A stretch of 64,000 nt of DNA from an uncultured Candidatus Saccharibacteria bacterium. GTDB taxonomy: Bacteria > Patescibacteriota > Minisyncoccia > Portnoybacterales > UBA2143. The stretch lies in NCBI GenBank assembly GCA_964472495.1, contig CAYYLD010000002.1, positions 27,949-91,948 on the forward strand, read 5' to 3'. The notes under the pieces were generated by a model. The model made no database searches. It was not told where the DNA came from and saw only the letters and a list, made by a program, of their open reading frames with translations. A program made the position numbers and the translations under genes. Shown piece after piece: positions 27,358 to 38,300 of the stretch (position 1 is its first letter; each line of letters starts with the position of its first letter).

Positions 27358-28566
27358 TTAACGATTAATTTCCTCCATTAATACTTCCAGGGCCTTGTCC
27401 AGTTGAGGATCGCGCATCTCATTAATATCTTCATCAGTCAGTTTTATCTCAACATCGGGGGTAATCCCCTCTTCGCAAATGCTTAAGCCAGCCGGCGTCA
27501 GCCATTTAGCTACCGTAATCTTGATACTGGAACCATCTTTTAATTTTTCCAACTGCTGAACCGAACCCTTGCCAAAGGTCTTCTGACCAATAATCTTAAT
27601 CTCTTTAATATCTCTTAAGGCGCCGGCTAAAATTTCCGAAGCCGAAGCCGAGCCCTCGTTGACTAAAATAACTGTCGGTAACCCGGCTAAGGCATTATAA
27701 CCTTCGCTCCGATGTTCGTTTCTCTGACTATTGCCAAAGTCCTCGGCAACGACCAGCTCTCCCTTGGGCAAAAACCAGCTGACTATATCAACGGCCACCT
27801 CTAAATAACCGCCTGGATTATTGCGAACATCTAAAATTAATCCTTTGGCCTGGGCGTCTAAAATCTGGTTAACTACTTTCTCAAATTCCTTGGGAGCATT
27901 TTCAGTAAAATGATAAAACTGAATATAGGCTATATTTTCTTCTTTCATTTCCCATTTAATAATGGGGATTTTAATTGTCCCCCGAGTAATCTTTATCTCC
28001 TTGGTCTCATCCCATTCGTCCCGCATGACTAATAAAAATACTTCTGTATTCTTCGGTCCCCTGATTAAATTAACTGCCTCATCAAGAGTCAAATCAGCTG
28101 TCAAAGTGTCATCTATTTTAAGAATTTTATCGCCGGCTCGCAAACCGGCTTCCTGAGCAGGCATTCCTTCTAAAGGAGAAATAATGGTTAAAACTCCTTT
28201 GCGCATACCGATTTCGGCGCCAATCCCTTCAAAACTGCCGCCCATATCATCAATAAATTTCTTGCTTTCGGTCGGTTCCATGAAGACTGAATAAGGGTCA
28301 TCTAGAGATTTAAGCAAGCCAGAAATAGCTCCATAGATCATACCTTGACGGTTTAAATTATCCCGGTCGACATATTTCTCTTCAATAAGATGCCATGCAT
28401 CCCAAAACAAACCAAAATCAACCAACGGTGGTTGGCCCAACTGTTTATTGGTTAACCCCTCTATTTTTTCAATCGAGGGCTGGCTGGACTGACCGACAAA
28501 AAAACCAAGGCCGAAAATAACCGCTAATAAGACAGCTAAAATGGATAAAGAAATGTACTTTTTCAT
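27358..28566 (-). CDS. Carboxyl-terminal processing protease (S41, Ctp/Prc family)
   Basis: Signal anchor, PDZ domain (GDKILKIDDT) and S41 catalytic region (VILVNEGSASASEILAGALRD...GQKTFGKGSVQ). Confidence 0.85.
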   Translation of the reverse strand: MKKYISLSILAVLLAVIFGLGFFVGQSSQPSIEKIEGLTNKQLGQPPLVDFGLFWDAWHLIEEKYVDRDNLNRQGMIYGAISGLLKSLDDPYSVFMEPTESKKFIDDMGGSFEGIGAEIGMRKGVLTIISPLEGMPAQEAGLRAGDKILKIDDTLTADLTLDEAVNLIRGPKNTEVFLLVMRDEWDETKEIKITRGTIKIPIIKWEMKEENIAYIQFYHFTENAPKEFEKVVNQILDAQAKGLILDVRNNPGGYLEVAVDIVSWFLPKGELVVAEDFGNSQRNEHRSEGYNALAGLPTVILVNEGSASASEILAGALRDIKEIKIIGQKTFGKGSVQQLEKLKDGSSIKITVAKWLTPAGLSICEEGITPDVEIKLTDEDINEMRDPQLDKALEVLMEEINR

Positions 28567-28641
28567 CTTATATTGACAAATTTATCAAATGTTATATAAT
28601 TCGAAATAATAGTTCTTAAAATCAAAAGAGGGAGGTGAAAG

Positions 28642-29088
28642 ATGGCAAAATTAATCAGTAGTAGTTTTCTGGTAACTGTGGTAACTCTGGGAATTTTCTT
28701 CATTAGTTCGGTTTTTACTCGTCAGGCTTTTTGGGTTACTCTTCCGGTCATCATTGTTCTTATCTGGCTCTGCAAATTTCTTAGAGAAAACGTAGACAAA
28801 GATATATTTGAATTGTCGTTAGCGGTGGCCGGTATGGCTTTCCTGGTCGCTTTCGGCATTGTCTTGACTTACTCTTCCTGGCCGGTGATTTCTCCCGACT
28901 ATCTTTCCTATTATTTTTCGGCCTTCGTCGTTTCTTTGCTTCTCTTGCTCTCGTTAATTTACTTTATCAAAATATACTATATTGACGAGCTGGAAGCGTC
29001 TACCGGCCTGGACAAACACGGGATAGAATCGGCTCTATCTATAGAGGGAATTACTATCCTCGTCTGCCTTTTCTATCTTCCCTTCTAG
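28642..29088 (+). CDS. Hypothetical membrane protein
   Basis: Strong RBS (GAGGGAGGTGAAAGATG) and 4-5 hydrophobic helices. Confidence 0.5.
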   Translation: MAKLISSSFLVTVVTLGIFFISSVFTRQAFWVTLPVIIVLIWLCKFLRENVDKDIFELSLAVAGMAFLVAFGIVLTYSSWPVISPDYLSYYFSAFVVSLLLLLSLIYFIKIYYIDELEASTGLDKHGIESALSIEGITILVCLFYLPF

Positions 29089-29111
29089 GGCTCGGCTAAT
29101 CGGGTCTCCTA

Positions 29112-29987
29112 TCAAGGGGTTGTCTTAATCAGATAACCCCTCTTTTTATTCCGAGGATGTCTATTTAAGACGTAAGACGCGGTTTTTAAATCTATCCCCT
29201 TGGAGTGGCGCCATTTCCAAAAGTATTTCAGAGCGCTGATAATGTGCAGGCGGGTATATTTATTGAGCAAAATATCCAAAAAGCCGCCCCATTTCTTACT
29301 GGCTCGATAATAATAATGAGCCATCTGGGCCGTCGGATAACAAACTACCTGATAACCATTCTGCCAAAAACGACGACACCAATCAGTATCTTCTAAATAC
29401 ATAAAAAAACGTTCATCTAATAAACCGACCTTTTCAATCGCCTCTCGCCTGACCAACATAGCTGAACCTTGCAGCCAATTAACCGGTTGAGGGGAAGAAA
29501 AATCTTCTTCTTGGATTAAAAACTGCTTTATTTTTTGCTTACCCCAGTTTAATTTACCTAAGAAAGTCCGTCGGGCAATAATCGCTCCTAAGCTGGGAAA
29601 ACGGAAACAGGAATTTTGGACCTGATTGCTAAAAGTCAATAATTGAGGACCAACTATACCAACATCCGGATGCTGCTCCAAATACTCCCGTAAACGACCA
29701 ATCGATTCTTTAAGAACAATAATGTCAGCGTTGAGAATTAAGATATAATTTCCTTGAGCTGCTTTAATCCCTTCATTAACAATTTTAGCATAACCAATAT
29801 TCTTTGAAAAAGAGATAAATCTGACCGCTGGAAATTTCTCCTTAATTAATTCTTGGGTTTCCGGCTCAGCCCGGCTATCAACAATAATTATTTCATACTT
29901 AAATTGACCGATATTTTCTTCAATCGACTTTAAGCAGAGTTTTAACAAAACCGGTGTCCGATGATGAGTGATAAGGATTGAAAGCAT
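29112..29987 (-). CDS. Glycosyltransferase family 2
   Basis: ILITHHRTPVLLKLCLKSI...IIIVDSRAEPET GT2 A-domain. A DxD region is present. Confidence 0.75.
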   Translation of the reverse strand: MLSILITHHRTPVLLKLCLKSIEENIGQFKYEIIIVDSRAEPETQELIKEKFPAVRFISFSKNIGYAKIVNEGIKAAQGNYILILNADIIVLKESIGRLREYLEQHPDVGIVGPQLLTFSNQVQNSCFRFPSLGAIIARRTFLGKLNWGKQKIKQFLIQEEDFSSPQPVNWLQGSAMLVRREAIEKVGLLDERFFMYLEDTDWCRRFWQNGYQVVCYPTAQMAHYYYRASKKWGGFLDILLNKYTRLHIISALKYFWKWRHSKGIDLKTASYVLNRHPRNKKRGYLIKTTP

Positions 29988-29993
29988 AATTAT

Positions 29994-31040
29994 TTAATCA
30001 AAAATATTCCGGCAGGCGTCTCGGATTTGGCCAAAATTATCGCCGACCGGCAGTAAGATATATTCGTCGTTGATAAAGGTATGATAAAGTAATCCTTCGG
30101 GACTGGTATCAAAAATCCTTCTTTTAATATTTTGGGTATCTAAATTGTCTGCTGATTCAACCAACTCTTTGATATTAGCTAAGCTCATATCTGTCCGGAT
30201 ATTTTCACCTAACGTATCAAGCAATTGATAAACTTTAATCGGATTAATCAAGACGCCCAAAGATAGAGCTTTTTCCTTAATGGCCAAAAGCACTTTTTGC
30301 TGCCGTCGCATCCGGTCGAAATCGTCAGTTGAATAGCGGGAGCGGGCATAGTAAAGAGCCGTTTGGCCGTCTAAAACATTTTGCCCGGCTGGCAGATGAA
30401 AAACCCACCTTTCTTCGCCGTCTATTTCTTTAATCAACCAATGTTCACCTTCTTCCTGGCCTTCTTTAGCCCATTGAAAATCCTCTTCAAAAGGCTCTTC
30501 CAAATAAATAGTGATACCGCCCAAGGCGTCAATCGCCCCCGTTAATCCTTCGAAATTAGCGCTGACCGTATAATCAATGTAAAGGCCAGTCAAAGAAGCG
30601 ATTGTCTTCTTAGCGCAATCCAAGCCGCCGTGGGCATAGGCGAAATTAATTTTCTTATCTTCACCTGAACACCAAATCTTATAGTAAATATCACGGGGCA
30701 AAGAAATCAAGGCGATTTGGCCGGTTTTTTTGTTGATACTAACCAGGATTATTGCGTCAGAAAGCAATTTTCCCTCGCCGGGGTCTTCTAATCCCCTCAT
30801 CCCCAAAAGCAGGACATTGATTCTATCGGGATCCTTTTTGGGTAATTGGGAAGAATCATCGCCACCAAAAGGCAAAACTCGAGCTGTCCAACCGAACATT
30901 TGTCTGAAATCTATCATCTGGCTGATAGTGAAGCTGGTCTTAAAAAAGAAAAAACCCAAAAAAGCAACAATCGGAAACAGGCACAGCCACAGCCAAACCC
31001 GTTTTCTTCTTTTTGGTTGATTTTGAAATTGATTCTCCAT
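29994..31040 (-). CDS. LytR-CpsA-Psr (LCP) family cell-envelope phosphotransferase
   Basis: N-terminal TM followed by INVLLLGMRGLEDPGEGKLLSDAIILVSI...ISLPRDIY. Confidence 0.8.
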   Translation of the reverse strand: MENQFQNQPKRRKRVWLWLCLFPIVAFLGFFFFKTSFTISQMIDFRQMFGWTARVLPFGGDDSSQLPKKDPDRINVLLLGMRGLEDPGEGKLLSDAIILVSINKKTGQIALISLPRDIYYKIWCSGEDKKINFAYAHGGLDCAKKTIASLTGLYIDYTVSANFEGLTGAIDALGGITIYLEEPFEEDFQWAKEGQEEGEHWLIKEIDGEERWVFHLPAGQNVLDGQTALYYARSRYSTDDFDRMRRQQKVLLAIKEKALSLGVLINPIKVYQLLDTLGENIRTDMSLANIKELVESADNLDTQNIKRRIFDTSPEGLLYHTFINDEYILLPVGDNFGQIRDACRNIFD

Positions 31041-31050
31041 ATTTGAGAAA

Positions 31051-32112
31051 TTATTTAAACCACCTTTCCATCTGCCTGGCTTTTAATTTCTTATTGGCCA
31101 TAATTATTTTCCTCTTTTGCCAGGCTGCGGGCATCTGCTTAAACAAATCCCTAATTGCCCGCCAGGTATATCTTTCCAAAAGAAGAACGTAAAACCAGGA
31201 AGCGATTTCTTTAGGCAAAAACCAAGGCAAATGTTTCAGTAAAAGGCCGATTTGTTCGTTCTTAATCTGCATCAGCCGCTGATTTTTAAAAGCCAGATAT
31301 TTAGAAAATTTATTAATTTTTAATCTTTCCCGGATAATGCTGAAATAGTTCGAAGCGGCGCTCTCGCCGGAAGTGCGCGCATGCCAAGCCAGACAGGCCG
31401 GCTGATAAATACTCTTCCAGCCAGCCAAACGCAAGCGCCAAGCCAAATCAACGTCTTCTTTATAGCAAAAAAAATCTTCATCAAAATACTCGTCATTTCC
31501 CTCGACCCGACTGGAGACAAAAATTCTAATATCTTCTAAGGCCTGACGTCGATAAACCGGTGCCGCTCCATCGGCTCCAAAAATCTCTTCTTTTTTCTCA
31601 AATTGACCTTGTTCAATTTCTCCCTGTCCCCGATTGACAATCCGTCTGTTTTTTAAAACAACCAAACCGGTTGTATCAACGATATAAGATATTTGATAAT
31701 CGGTTGGTCGACCCAAAGACAAATTGCCGATATTCCAGCGCAATAATTTTCCCTGAAGAGCGCTTGTCTTGCTGTCTTTGAGCAGCTCTTGAACAGCCCT
31801 CTGAATAAAATCTCTATCCAGAACAACGTCCTGATTAAGACAACAAACAAAATCTCCCCGACTTTCCCTGATCCCTTGATTGTGACCAGCCGCAAAGCCG
31901 AGATTCTTTTGATTAAAAATAATCCTTAGATTAGGCCGGTCCTTTAAACTTTTTAAATAATCAATTGTTCCGTCAGCGGACTGATTGTCAATAATTAAAA
32001 CTTCCAGCCGAGGATAACTCTGCTTAAAAACCGAAGCCAAACAACTTTCCAGATACGGCCGGGCGTTATGAGTAAGTAGATTTATAGAAACCAAAGGATG
32101 ATTTTGCTCCAT
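31051..32112 (-). CDS. Glycosyltransferase family 2
   Basis: SINLLTHNARPYLESCLASVFKQSYPRLEVLIIDNQSADGT. Confidence 0.75.
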   Translation of the reverse strand: MEQNHPLVSINLLTHNARPYLESCLASVFKQSYPRLEVLIIDNQSADGTIDYLKSLKDRPNLRIIFNQKNLGFAAGHNQGIRESRGDFVCCLNQDVVLDRDFIQRAVQELLKDSKTSALQGKLLRWNIGNLSLGRPTDYQISYIVDTTGLVVLKNRRIVNRGQGEIEQGQFEKKEEIFGADGAAPVYRRQALEDIRIFVSSRVEGNDEYFDEDFFCYKEDVDLAWRLRLAGWKSIYQPACLAWHARTSGESAASNYFSIIRERLKINKFSKYLAFKNQRLMQIKNEQIGLLLKHLPWFLPKEIASWFYVLLLERYTWRAIRDLFKQMPAAWQKRKIIMANKKLKARQMERWFK

Positions 32113-33676
32113 ATAATACAGCTAAATTAACTACAAAAAACAAAAAAACCTTATCATTAAGGAGAACCACATCAAATAAACTATAACCGAAAACCCAAAT
32201 TAAGGCAAGTAGAAAAAAGCCGGCCCAGACGCGGAAAAAAGGCTTTTTATGACGACTGAAAACCTGCCAAGTATCTTTCAAAATATAGCCAAAAATAGTT
32301 AATAAAATGAGCAAACCAAAGATACCTGCTTCAGCGGCCATATCTAAATATAAGCTATGAGCGGAAGCGCCTTTTTTGGCTGTTGACAAAGGCTCATTAA
32401 GGACTAAGGGATAATTACCTATGCCCACTCCCAGAAGAGGATGAATGATAATTGAATCTGCTGTCCTCCGCCAAATTTCCAAGCGGCTCTTAACCGATAG
32501 TTCGGATAAATCAATAATACTTCTGGCTCTCTCAAAAAAAGAAACCCCGGAAATCGCTTCCTGGCCTAACTGAATATATTGAGGTAAGAAAAGAATAGCT
32601 GAAGCAGTCGGGAATAAAATAAAAAATATAATTAGAGTCCCTAAAATGAGTTGAATTTCTTGCGACCATTTTTTGGCATATTTGGGCTTCAAAAATTTCG
32701 TCCAGGCCCGAATGCTCGGTGACCAATAGAACAAAATAATCAATAAAAATACCAGACAGGAAATCAGAGCGCTGACCCAGGCGCCTCTGGAGCCGGAAAA
32801 AATAATAGCCAATAAACAAACAATCAGAAAAAGATAATAGAAAACGGCCTTTTCTCTACTGCCTTTTGGCCGGAAAAAGATTGTCGTCAGGAAGCAAGGC
32901 AGGGCCAAGACACAAAAAAAAGCAAAAGAATGAGAATCAGGAAAGACAGAAAACATTCGTAAAGTGGGCAGCTGATAGGAATAATAGGAAAACCAGGTAT
33001 TGCTGTAAGACAAAAGGACGCTCAAACCCTGACCATAAAAGACATTGATGAAGTATTTATCCCAAAGATACCAAAACTGGTTGAGATTAATAAAAAAGAC
33101 CATAGCCAACTGGAAAAAACCAATTCCCAGAGTCAAACCGATAGCTACTCTAATAGCGCTAAAAATCTTAAAAATAACCTCTTTGTTCCGGGCAATTAAA
33201 TTTCTGATAATTATATAAAGCAGAAAAACGTTAATCAGAAAGAGCAGCTTTTTGATTCCCAGCCAGATGTCTTCGGCTACCAAAAGCGAAAGGGCGCTGA
33301 TAAACAGAAAGAGAGCTGCCAGATATTCCATCGGATAATGTTTAAATTTTTCCTTTAGTTTCCAGCGGCCTGCCTTTTTGACTAAATTAACCGAGAGACC
33401 TTCCTTGAAAAATAAAACCAAAAACAGAATAGTCAATAAAATCCGCCAGTTAGCCATTGAGTCAAAGTTTTCACTAATCGGTAAAGCGATAAACAAAGGA
33501 ATAGAGGCGATAAAGACCCAGAGAGAATCTTCCAGGGGGCTGAAAAGAAAGTAAAAAATTAAAAGGCCGGTCAGGAACAAACTGGCCTCCCGGGGAAGCC
33601 AATTGAAGACCATTAAAAAAAGAGCCGCCACTTCGGTTAAGAGAATAGCTATATTTTTCGCTTTTGAGCTGTCCAT
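32066..33676 (-). CDS. O-antigen ligase/polymerase-like polytopic membrane protein (Wzy_C family)
   Basis: At least 10 TM helices and an HPLLGVGIGNY motif typical of the O-antigen ligase domain. It overlaps the 3' neighbour by 47 nt, so the start is uncertain. Confidence 0.55.
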   Translation of the reverse strand: MDSSKAKNIAILLTEVAALFLMVFNWLPREASLFLTGLLIFYFLFSPLEDSLWVFIASIPLFIALPISENFDSMANWRILLTILFLVLFFKEGLSVNLVKKAGRWKLKEKFKHYPMEYLAALFLFISALSLLVAEDIWLGIKKLLFLINVFLLYIIIRNLIARNKEVIFKIFSAIRVAIGLTLGIGFFQLAMVFFINLNQFWYLWDKYFINVFYGQGLSVLLSYSNTWFSYYSYQLPTLRMFSVFPDSHSFAFFCVLALPCFLTTIFFRPKGSREKAVFYYLFLIVCLLAIIFSGSRGAWVSALISCLVFLLIILFYWSPSIRAWTKFLKPKYAKKWSQEIQLILGTLIIFFILFPTASAILFLPQYIQLGQEAISGVSFFERARSIIDLSELSVKSRLEIWRRTADSIIIHPLLGVGIGNYPLVLNEPLSTAKKGASAHSLYLDMAAEAGIFGLLILLTIFGYILKDTWQVFSRHKKPFFRVWAGFFLLALIWVFGYSLFDVVLLNDKVFLFFVVNLAVLYGAKSSFGFYKSTYS

Positions 33677-33715
33677 TATTAAAGTTTATCTTTTGGTTGC
33701 CCTAAACATTCCTCA

Positions 33716-33895
33716 AAGTCGCACCAGAGGCCACCCTAACCATTTTGAAAGGCCTAGATGACAAAAGCAACAGCCGAACTTGGAAAAGTAAAAAGTAAAG
33801 CTTTTGTCATCTCGGAGCAGAGGTTCAATTTAATCAGGAATACCAGTTAATTCTGGCCGCTGCGTCCTTGAAAAATGGTTAGGGTGGCCTCCGGA
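33716..33895 (+). repeat. Structured intergenic repeat element, copy 3 of 3 (the most divergent)
   Basis: It shares ACCATTTtGAaAgG, AGATGACAAAAG/CTTTTGTCATCT and GGCCGCTGCG with the other copies. The outer stem is ggccaccctaacc / ggttagggtggcc. Confidence 0.55.
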
Positions 33896-33898
33896 GAC

Positions 33899-35296
33899 TT
33901 AATATCCTTTCAGTTTCTTAGAGCCCTTATGCTGGCGCATTCTTTCCAGGGCCTTGGCCTCAATTTGGCGAATGCGCTCCCGGGTTACCCCGAACTCCTG
34001 ACCAACCTCCTCTAAAGTGTGAGTAATGCCGTCCTTCAAACCGAAACGCATTTCCAAAATCTTCTGTTCACGCGGCGATAAATCAACCAAGATTTCCTTT
34101 AAGCGGCTGCGCAATAGTTTGCGAGCGGCCACTTGAGCTGGCGAAATTGTCTTTTTGTCTTCAATAAATTCACCCAAACTGCTTTCTTCGTCCTCATCGC
34201 CGACCGGCGCTTCCAGAGAAAGGGTTTCCTGGGAAATTTTCATAATTTGCCTGATTTTATCCACTGTCTCGCCCATCTCGGCAGCTACTTCCTCGGGCAG
34301 GGGCTCGCGACCTAAGTCCTGCAGAAGCCGCCGTTTAATTTGAGTATATTTACTAATCGTTTCAACCATATGAACCGGAATACGGATAGTTCTCGCTTGG
34401 TCAGCCAAAGCTCGGGTAATCGCCTGGCGAATCCACCAGGTCGCATAAGTAGAAAATTTATAACCCCGGTGATAATCAAATTTCTCTACGGCCTTAAAAA
34501 GACCAATATTGCCTTCCTGAATCAAATCTAAAAGAGTCAGATTGCGACTACGACCAACGTATCTCTTGGCAATACTAACGACCAAGCGCAAATTGGCTTG
34601 GGTCAGTTTTTGTCTAGCTTCTTCGTCCCCTTTCTCAATCTGTTTAGCTAATTTAACCTCTTCTTGGGCAGTCAGCAAAGAGATTTTTCCGATTTCCCTT
34701 AAGTACATCTGGACATTATCAAAGGTTTCTAATTTGAAAGAAGTTTTTTCTTTCAGAACAGCTTTTTTCTCTTTTCTGGTTGAAGGTGCTTCTAAAAACT
34801 CAACCGATTCAATTATTCGGATATTATTGTCCTTGAGGCGCTGACAAACTTCTTCCAAGCCGACAATATCTTCCTCAATCCGGGGCACTAATTTAATAAT
34901 TTCGGACTCGGTAACAAACCCGCGTTCCCGCCCCCGGTTAACTAGCTCCTGAATTTTGTCTTCGGTGATTAATACCTTTCTTCTGGCTTTTCTCGCTTGA
35001 CTAATCTTTTTCTTTGGCCGACGAACAATTTTCCTCTGACTGCTGACTTTTCTTTTTTTGGCCGGTCGGCTAATTCGTTTCTTAAGCCGACTGGCTGCTT
35101 TTTGCCTAATTGGTTTTTTAACTTTTCTTGCTTTTCGACTGGCTGTTTTTTCGGTTTTTCGATGAGCAGCCGGCTTTTTCTCGATTCGGCGAGACGCTTT
35201 TCTGACTTTCCTCTTGGGAGTTATTTTTTTGCTCGAGGGACGATGCCGGCCGGCAGACCGTAATCTTCTACCCCGAACGACTTTCTTTTTTACCAT
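33899..35296 (-). CDS. rpoD: RNA polymerase sigma factor RpoD/SigA with a highly basic N-terminal extension
   Basis: Regions 2-4 are present ([40 protein letters not shown]; region 4 HTH). The first ~110 aa are K/R-rich instead of the acidic region 1.1. Confidence 0.9.
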   Translation of the reverse strand: MVKKKVVRGRRLRSAGRHRPSSKKITPKRKVRKASRRIEKKPAAHRKTEKTASRKARKVKKPIRQKAASRLKKRISRPAKKRKVSSQRKIVRRPKKKISQARKARRKVLITEDKIQELVNRGRERGFVTESEIIKLVPRIEEDIVGLEEVCQRLKDNNIRIIESVEFLEAPSTRKEKKAVLKEKTSFKLETFDNVQMYLREIGKISLLTAQEEVKLAKQIEKGDEEARQKLTQANLRLVVSIAKRYVGRSRNLTLLDLIQEGNIGLFKAVEKFDYHRGYKFSTYATWWIRQAITRALADQARTIRIPVHMVETISKYTQIKRRLLQDLGREPLPEEVAAEMGETVDKIRQIMKISQETLSLEAPVGDEDEESSLGEFIEDKKTISPAQVAARKLLRSRLKEILVDLSPREQKILEMRFGLKDGITHTLEEVGQEFGVTRERIRQIEAKALERMRQHKGSKKLKGY

Positions 35297-35298
35297 AG

Positions 35299-37095
35299 TT
35301 AACTTTTAGATTTAGTTAGTTTATTGAATTCCTCGGTTAATTTCTTAAGGGTTTCCCTGTCTTTTTTTTCTTCGGCTTCCCGAATAGAAAGGTTAAGCTG
35401 ATCTAATTTCTGATGCCAGTGACGATTCTTTAACTGGTCAAAACAAAATCTAATTTCCTTAGTCGATTCAAATTCATCGGCCGATTTATCCAGCAAACTG
35501 CAACGGGCCTCCGCTTTAAAAACAAGTTCGTCTAACTGGCTGGCTAAATCGGTTGATAGATCTTGACGAAAGTTGGCCAACTTGATTCTTTTATCCGGGC
35601 ATTTCTTCAGATTCTTAAATATTTCGGCCAAGTTGGCATTAGCGAATAAATAAGCCGGCTGGCGCTTAAACCGTTTAAATTTTTTCAGATTGATTAAAAG
35701 CAGCCCCAAAAGATATTCTTCCAGGTCAATTTTACCATCAGTCGGGCGAGCCAACTCAACCGGATTGCTTTCTTCTTCTTCTATTGAAGGCATAATTTCT
35801 TCCATCAGGGGAATTTCTATCTTTTCCATTTCAGCCGCTAAGTCTTTTTCTTGAACTCTTAAATGTTTGGCTAATTCCTGAAGCCAATGGGACTGCTCAA
35901 TCTTATGAGGAATCTTTTTTATCAAAGGCAAAATAATTTTAGCTATTTCTTTCTTTCCTTCAAGCGTCTGACAATCGTATTGAGCTAAAACGTTTTCTAA
36001 ATAAAATTCAATCAGGCTGCGGGCTTGTTTGATTAACTGGCCCCAGTCAGAATTATTTTTTTGAAGGCAATCAGCCGGGTCCTGGCCGGCCGGCAGACTA
36101 ATCACCTTGGTATTAAAACCAAGCTGGATAGCTAAATCAATTCCCCTTTTGGTGGCTGTCTGACCGGCCGAATCCATATCAAAAGCCGTAGCCAGATTCT
36201 CGGTATAGCGTTTAATAATTCCTAATTGTTTTTCGGTCAGCGCCGTTCCCGAAGAAGCGACAGCATTGCTAAAACCGGCCTGATGTAAGGCAATGACATC
36301 AGTTTGTCCCTCAACCAAAACACAGAGATTCTCTTTACGAATAGCTAATTTAGCTTTATCTAAACCGTATAAAAAGCGACTTTTGTCATAGATGGGAGTA
36401 TTGGGCGTATTAATATATTTACCCATTCGTTGATTAGGCCGCTGTGGATTTTCCCGTCCGCTAAAACCGATAACCATTCCGTTCAAATCGCGGATGGGAA
36501 AGATAATTCGGTCGCGGAAACGGTCATAATATTCATTCTTCTTTTCGCTCTTAACAGCTAAGCCGGCTTTATCAATCTCTTCTTCCGGATAACCCCGCCC
36601 CTTCAAAAAATCTAACAAACCGCGCCAGCTGTCAGGCGCATAACCAATCTGCCAATCCTTAATCGCTCTTGGCTTTAAACCCCGACTGTTTAAATAACCT
36701 TGCATCCGTTTACCGGTCCGGCTGCCTTCTAATTGTCTGATAAAAAATTGATTAGTCAAACTGCAAATTTCATAAAGACGGGTTCTTTCGGTCTTCAGCT
36801 TGGGGTCTATTTTTTTTAATTCCACCCCGGCCCGCTGAGCCAACATCCGCAAAGCGTCGCCGAACTCAACCCCTTCTATCTCCATAACAAAATCAAAAAG
36901 AGAACCGCCTTTATTACAGCCGAAACAATGCCACATCTGTTTCTCCGGCGAAACGAAAAAAGAGGGCGCTTTTTCAGAATGGAAAGGACAAAGAGCCCGA
37001 TAATTGCGCCCGGCTTTTTGGAGACGGATATAGCTACCGATTACCTCAACGATGTCCAGCCTATTTTTAATTTCGTCAACGGGTGAACTAATCAT
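35299..37095 (-). CDS. dnaG: DNA primase DnaG
   Basis: Zinc ribbon [13 protein letters not shown]...HCFGC, a TOPRIM domain, and the dnaG-rpoD arrangement. I place the start at the ATG giving [16 protein letters not shown]. The ORF-track start at 37167 overlaps the upstream gene by 80 nt. Confidence 0.88.
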   Translation of the reverse strand: MISSPVDEIKNRLDIVEVIGSYIRLQKAGRNYRALCPFHSEKAPSFFVSPEKQMWHCFGCNKGGSLFDFVMEIEGVEFGDALRMLAQRAGVELKKIDPKLKTERTRLYEICSLTNQFFIRQLEGSRTGKRMQGYLNSRGLKPRAIKDWQIGYAPDSWRGLLDFLKGRGYPEEEIDKAGLAVKSEKKNEYYDRFRDRIIFPIRDLNGMVIGFSGRENPQRPNQRMGKYINTPNTPIYDKSRFLYGLDKAKLAIRKENLCVLVEGQTDVIALHQAGFSNAVASSGTALTEKQLGIIKRYTENLATAFDMDSAGQTATKRGIDLAIQLGFNTKVISLPAGQDPADCLQKNNSDWGQLIKQARSLIEFYLENVLAQYDCQTLEGKKEIAKIILPLIKKIPHKIEQSHWLQELAKHLRVQEKDLAAEMEKIEIPLMEEIMPSIEEEESNPVELARPTDGKIDLEEYLLGLLLINLKKFKRFKRQPAYLFANANLAEIFKNLKKCPDKRIKLANFRQDLSTDLASQLDELVFKAEARCSLLDKSADEFESTKEIRFCFDQLKNRHWHQKLDQLNLSIREAEEKKDRETLKKLTEEFNKLTKSKS

Positions 37096-37717
37096 ATCTT
37101 TGTAATAACAACTCAAAATTATTATACAATCTTTCAATAAATTGGTTAATTTTTTGATTACCTCCAATCTGCTTCAATAGATTGTTTGTTTCTCTAATAG
37201 CCTCCTCGGTAAACCCTAATTCCATCATTAGTTTAGTCCTGATTCCATTATTGGGTTTTTGGGAAAAATAATCCTGTAAGATTTGATGCCATTTTCGAAT
37301 AGCCTGTCCTGAAATATCAAAAGCTAATTCTTCTGGCAAAACGTTATCTAAAAAACCAATAATTTCGTCCCAATTATCCATCTTATTATAAAATAGTTCA
37401 TCTTCTAAAAAACTAATCGGATAATGTCCCGGTTGATTAGATCGAGGTAACAAAGAATAAATATCTTCAGCCTGAGTAAACTCTTCAACAATTATATCTA
37501 CTAAAGAATGAAATTTAAAACCAGCCTCAAATGAATTCTTGTCTTTTAGTTGATTAAGTTTGACCTCTGGAAAATGGGTTTTCTCTCGTTTAATAATTTT
37601 TAGATATCTAATATCAGGAAAACTTGTCCCAATGAAAAAATCCTTTTTATTCTTATCTTTAAAATATTTATTAAAAACCTTATCGGTCAAAGCTATATGG
37701 GTAATCGGACCTGGCAT
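37088..37717 (-). CDS. Hypothetical protein, 209 aa
   Basis: ORF only, with no recognisable motif. It overlaps the revised dnaG start by 8 nt. Confidence 0.4.
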   Translation of the reverse strand: MPGPITHIALTDKVFNKYFKDKNKKDFFIGTSFPDIRYLKIIKREKTHFPEVKLNQLKDKNSFEAGFKFHSLVDIIVEEFTQAEDIYSLLPRSNQPGHYPISFLEDELFYNKMDNWDEIIGFLDNVLPEELAFDISGQAIRKWHQILQDYFSQKPNNGIRTKLMMELGFTEEAIRETNNLLKQIGGNQKINQFIERLYNNFELLLQRYD

Positions 37718-37735
37718 ACTATATCTAATTATTGC

Positions 37736-38251
37736 TTAATATTTATATTGCACCTTATTTTCATCTTTACCCTGAAGTATTTTATCAACCATGGCTATTT
37801 CTTCCAAAATTCCGCCAATCAAATCGTATTTCTTAGCTTCCGGATAAGTAACCCAGGCATAATCAATATCATCCTCATCTAATTTTATCCGACCGGACTT
37901 ATAAGGGCAATAAAAACTTAGAATAATTACCGGTTGGCCATCCGACCTGATAAAAGTGATATCCAACAAATATTTTACCCTGCCTACTTCTAAATTACAT
38001 TCTTCTCTGATTTCCCGTCTTAAAGAATTACCGATGGCAAAATACCAATGGTCTTTAGTTGTTTTAGGAGTATTGATATAGTCATCGGTTTCCAGTCCGC
38101 CGCCGGGCACTGTCCATTTACCCGGAAAGGCCTTTTTTTTCAAGCTGCGCCGCAGGAGTAAATAAGTTTGCCGGCCGCCTTTCTGCCTAGCTGGCCGATA
38201 AATAATCGCTGTGGAAGTAATTCGATGTAATTCTTTGTCTTTAATTTTCAT
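37736..38251 (-). CDS. NUDIX hydrolase
   Basis: Degenerate Nudix box (GGGLETDD...LRREIREECNLEV). Confidence 0.55.
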   Translation of the reverse strand: MKIKDKELHRITSTAIIYRPARQKGGRQTYLLLRRSLKKKAFPGKWTVPGGGLETDDYINTPKTTKDHWYFAIGNSLRREIREECNLEVGRVKYLLDITFIRSDGQPVIILSFYCPYKSGRIKLDEDDIDYAWVTYPEAKKYDLIGGILEEIAMVDKILQGKDENKVQYKY

Positions 38252-38300
38252 ATTTTATCCAGCACCTTATCTAAAACAAAAACCAGCCAGCCAATTTTTT

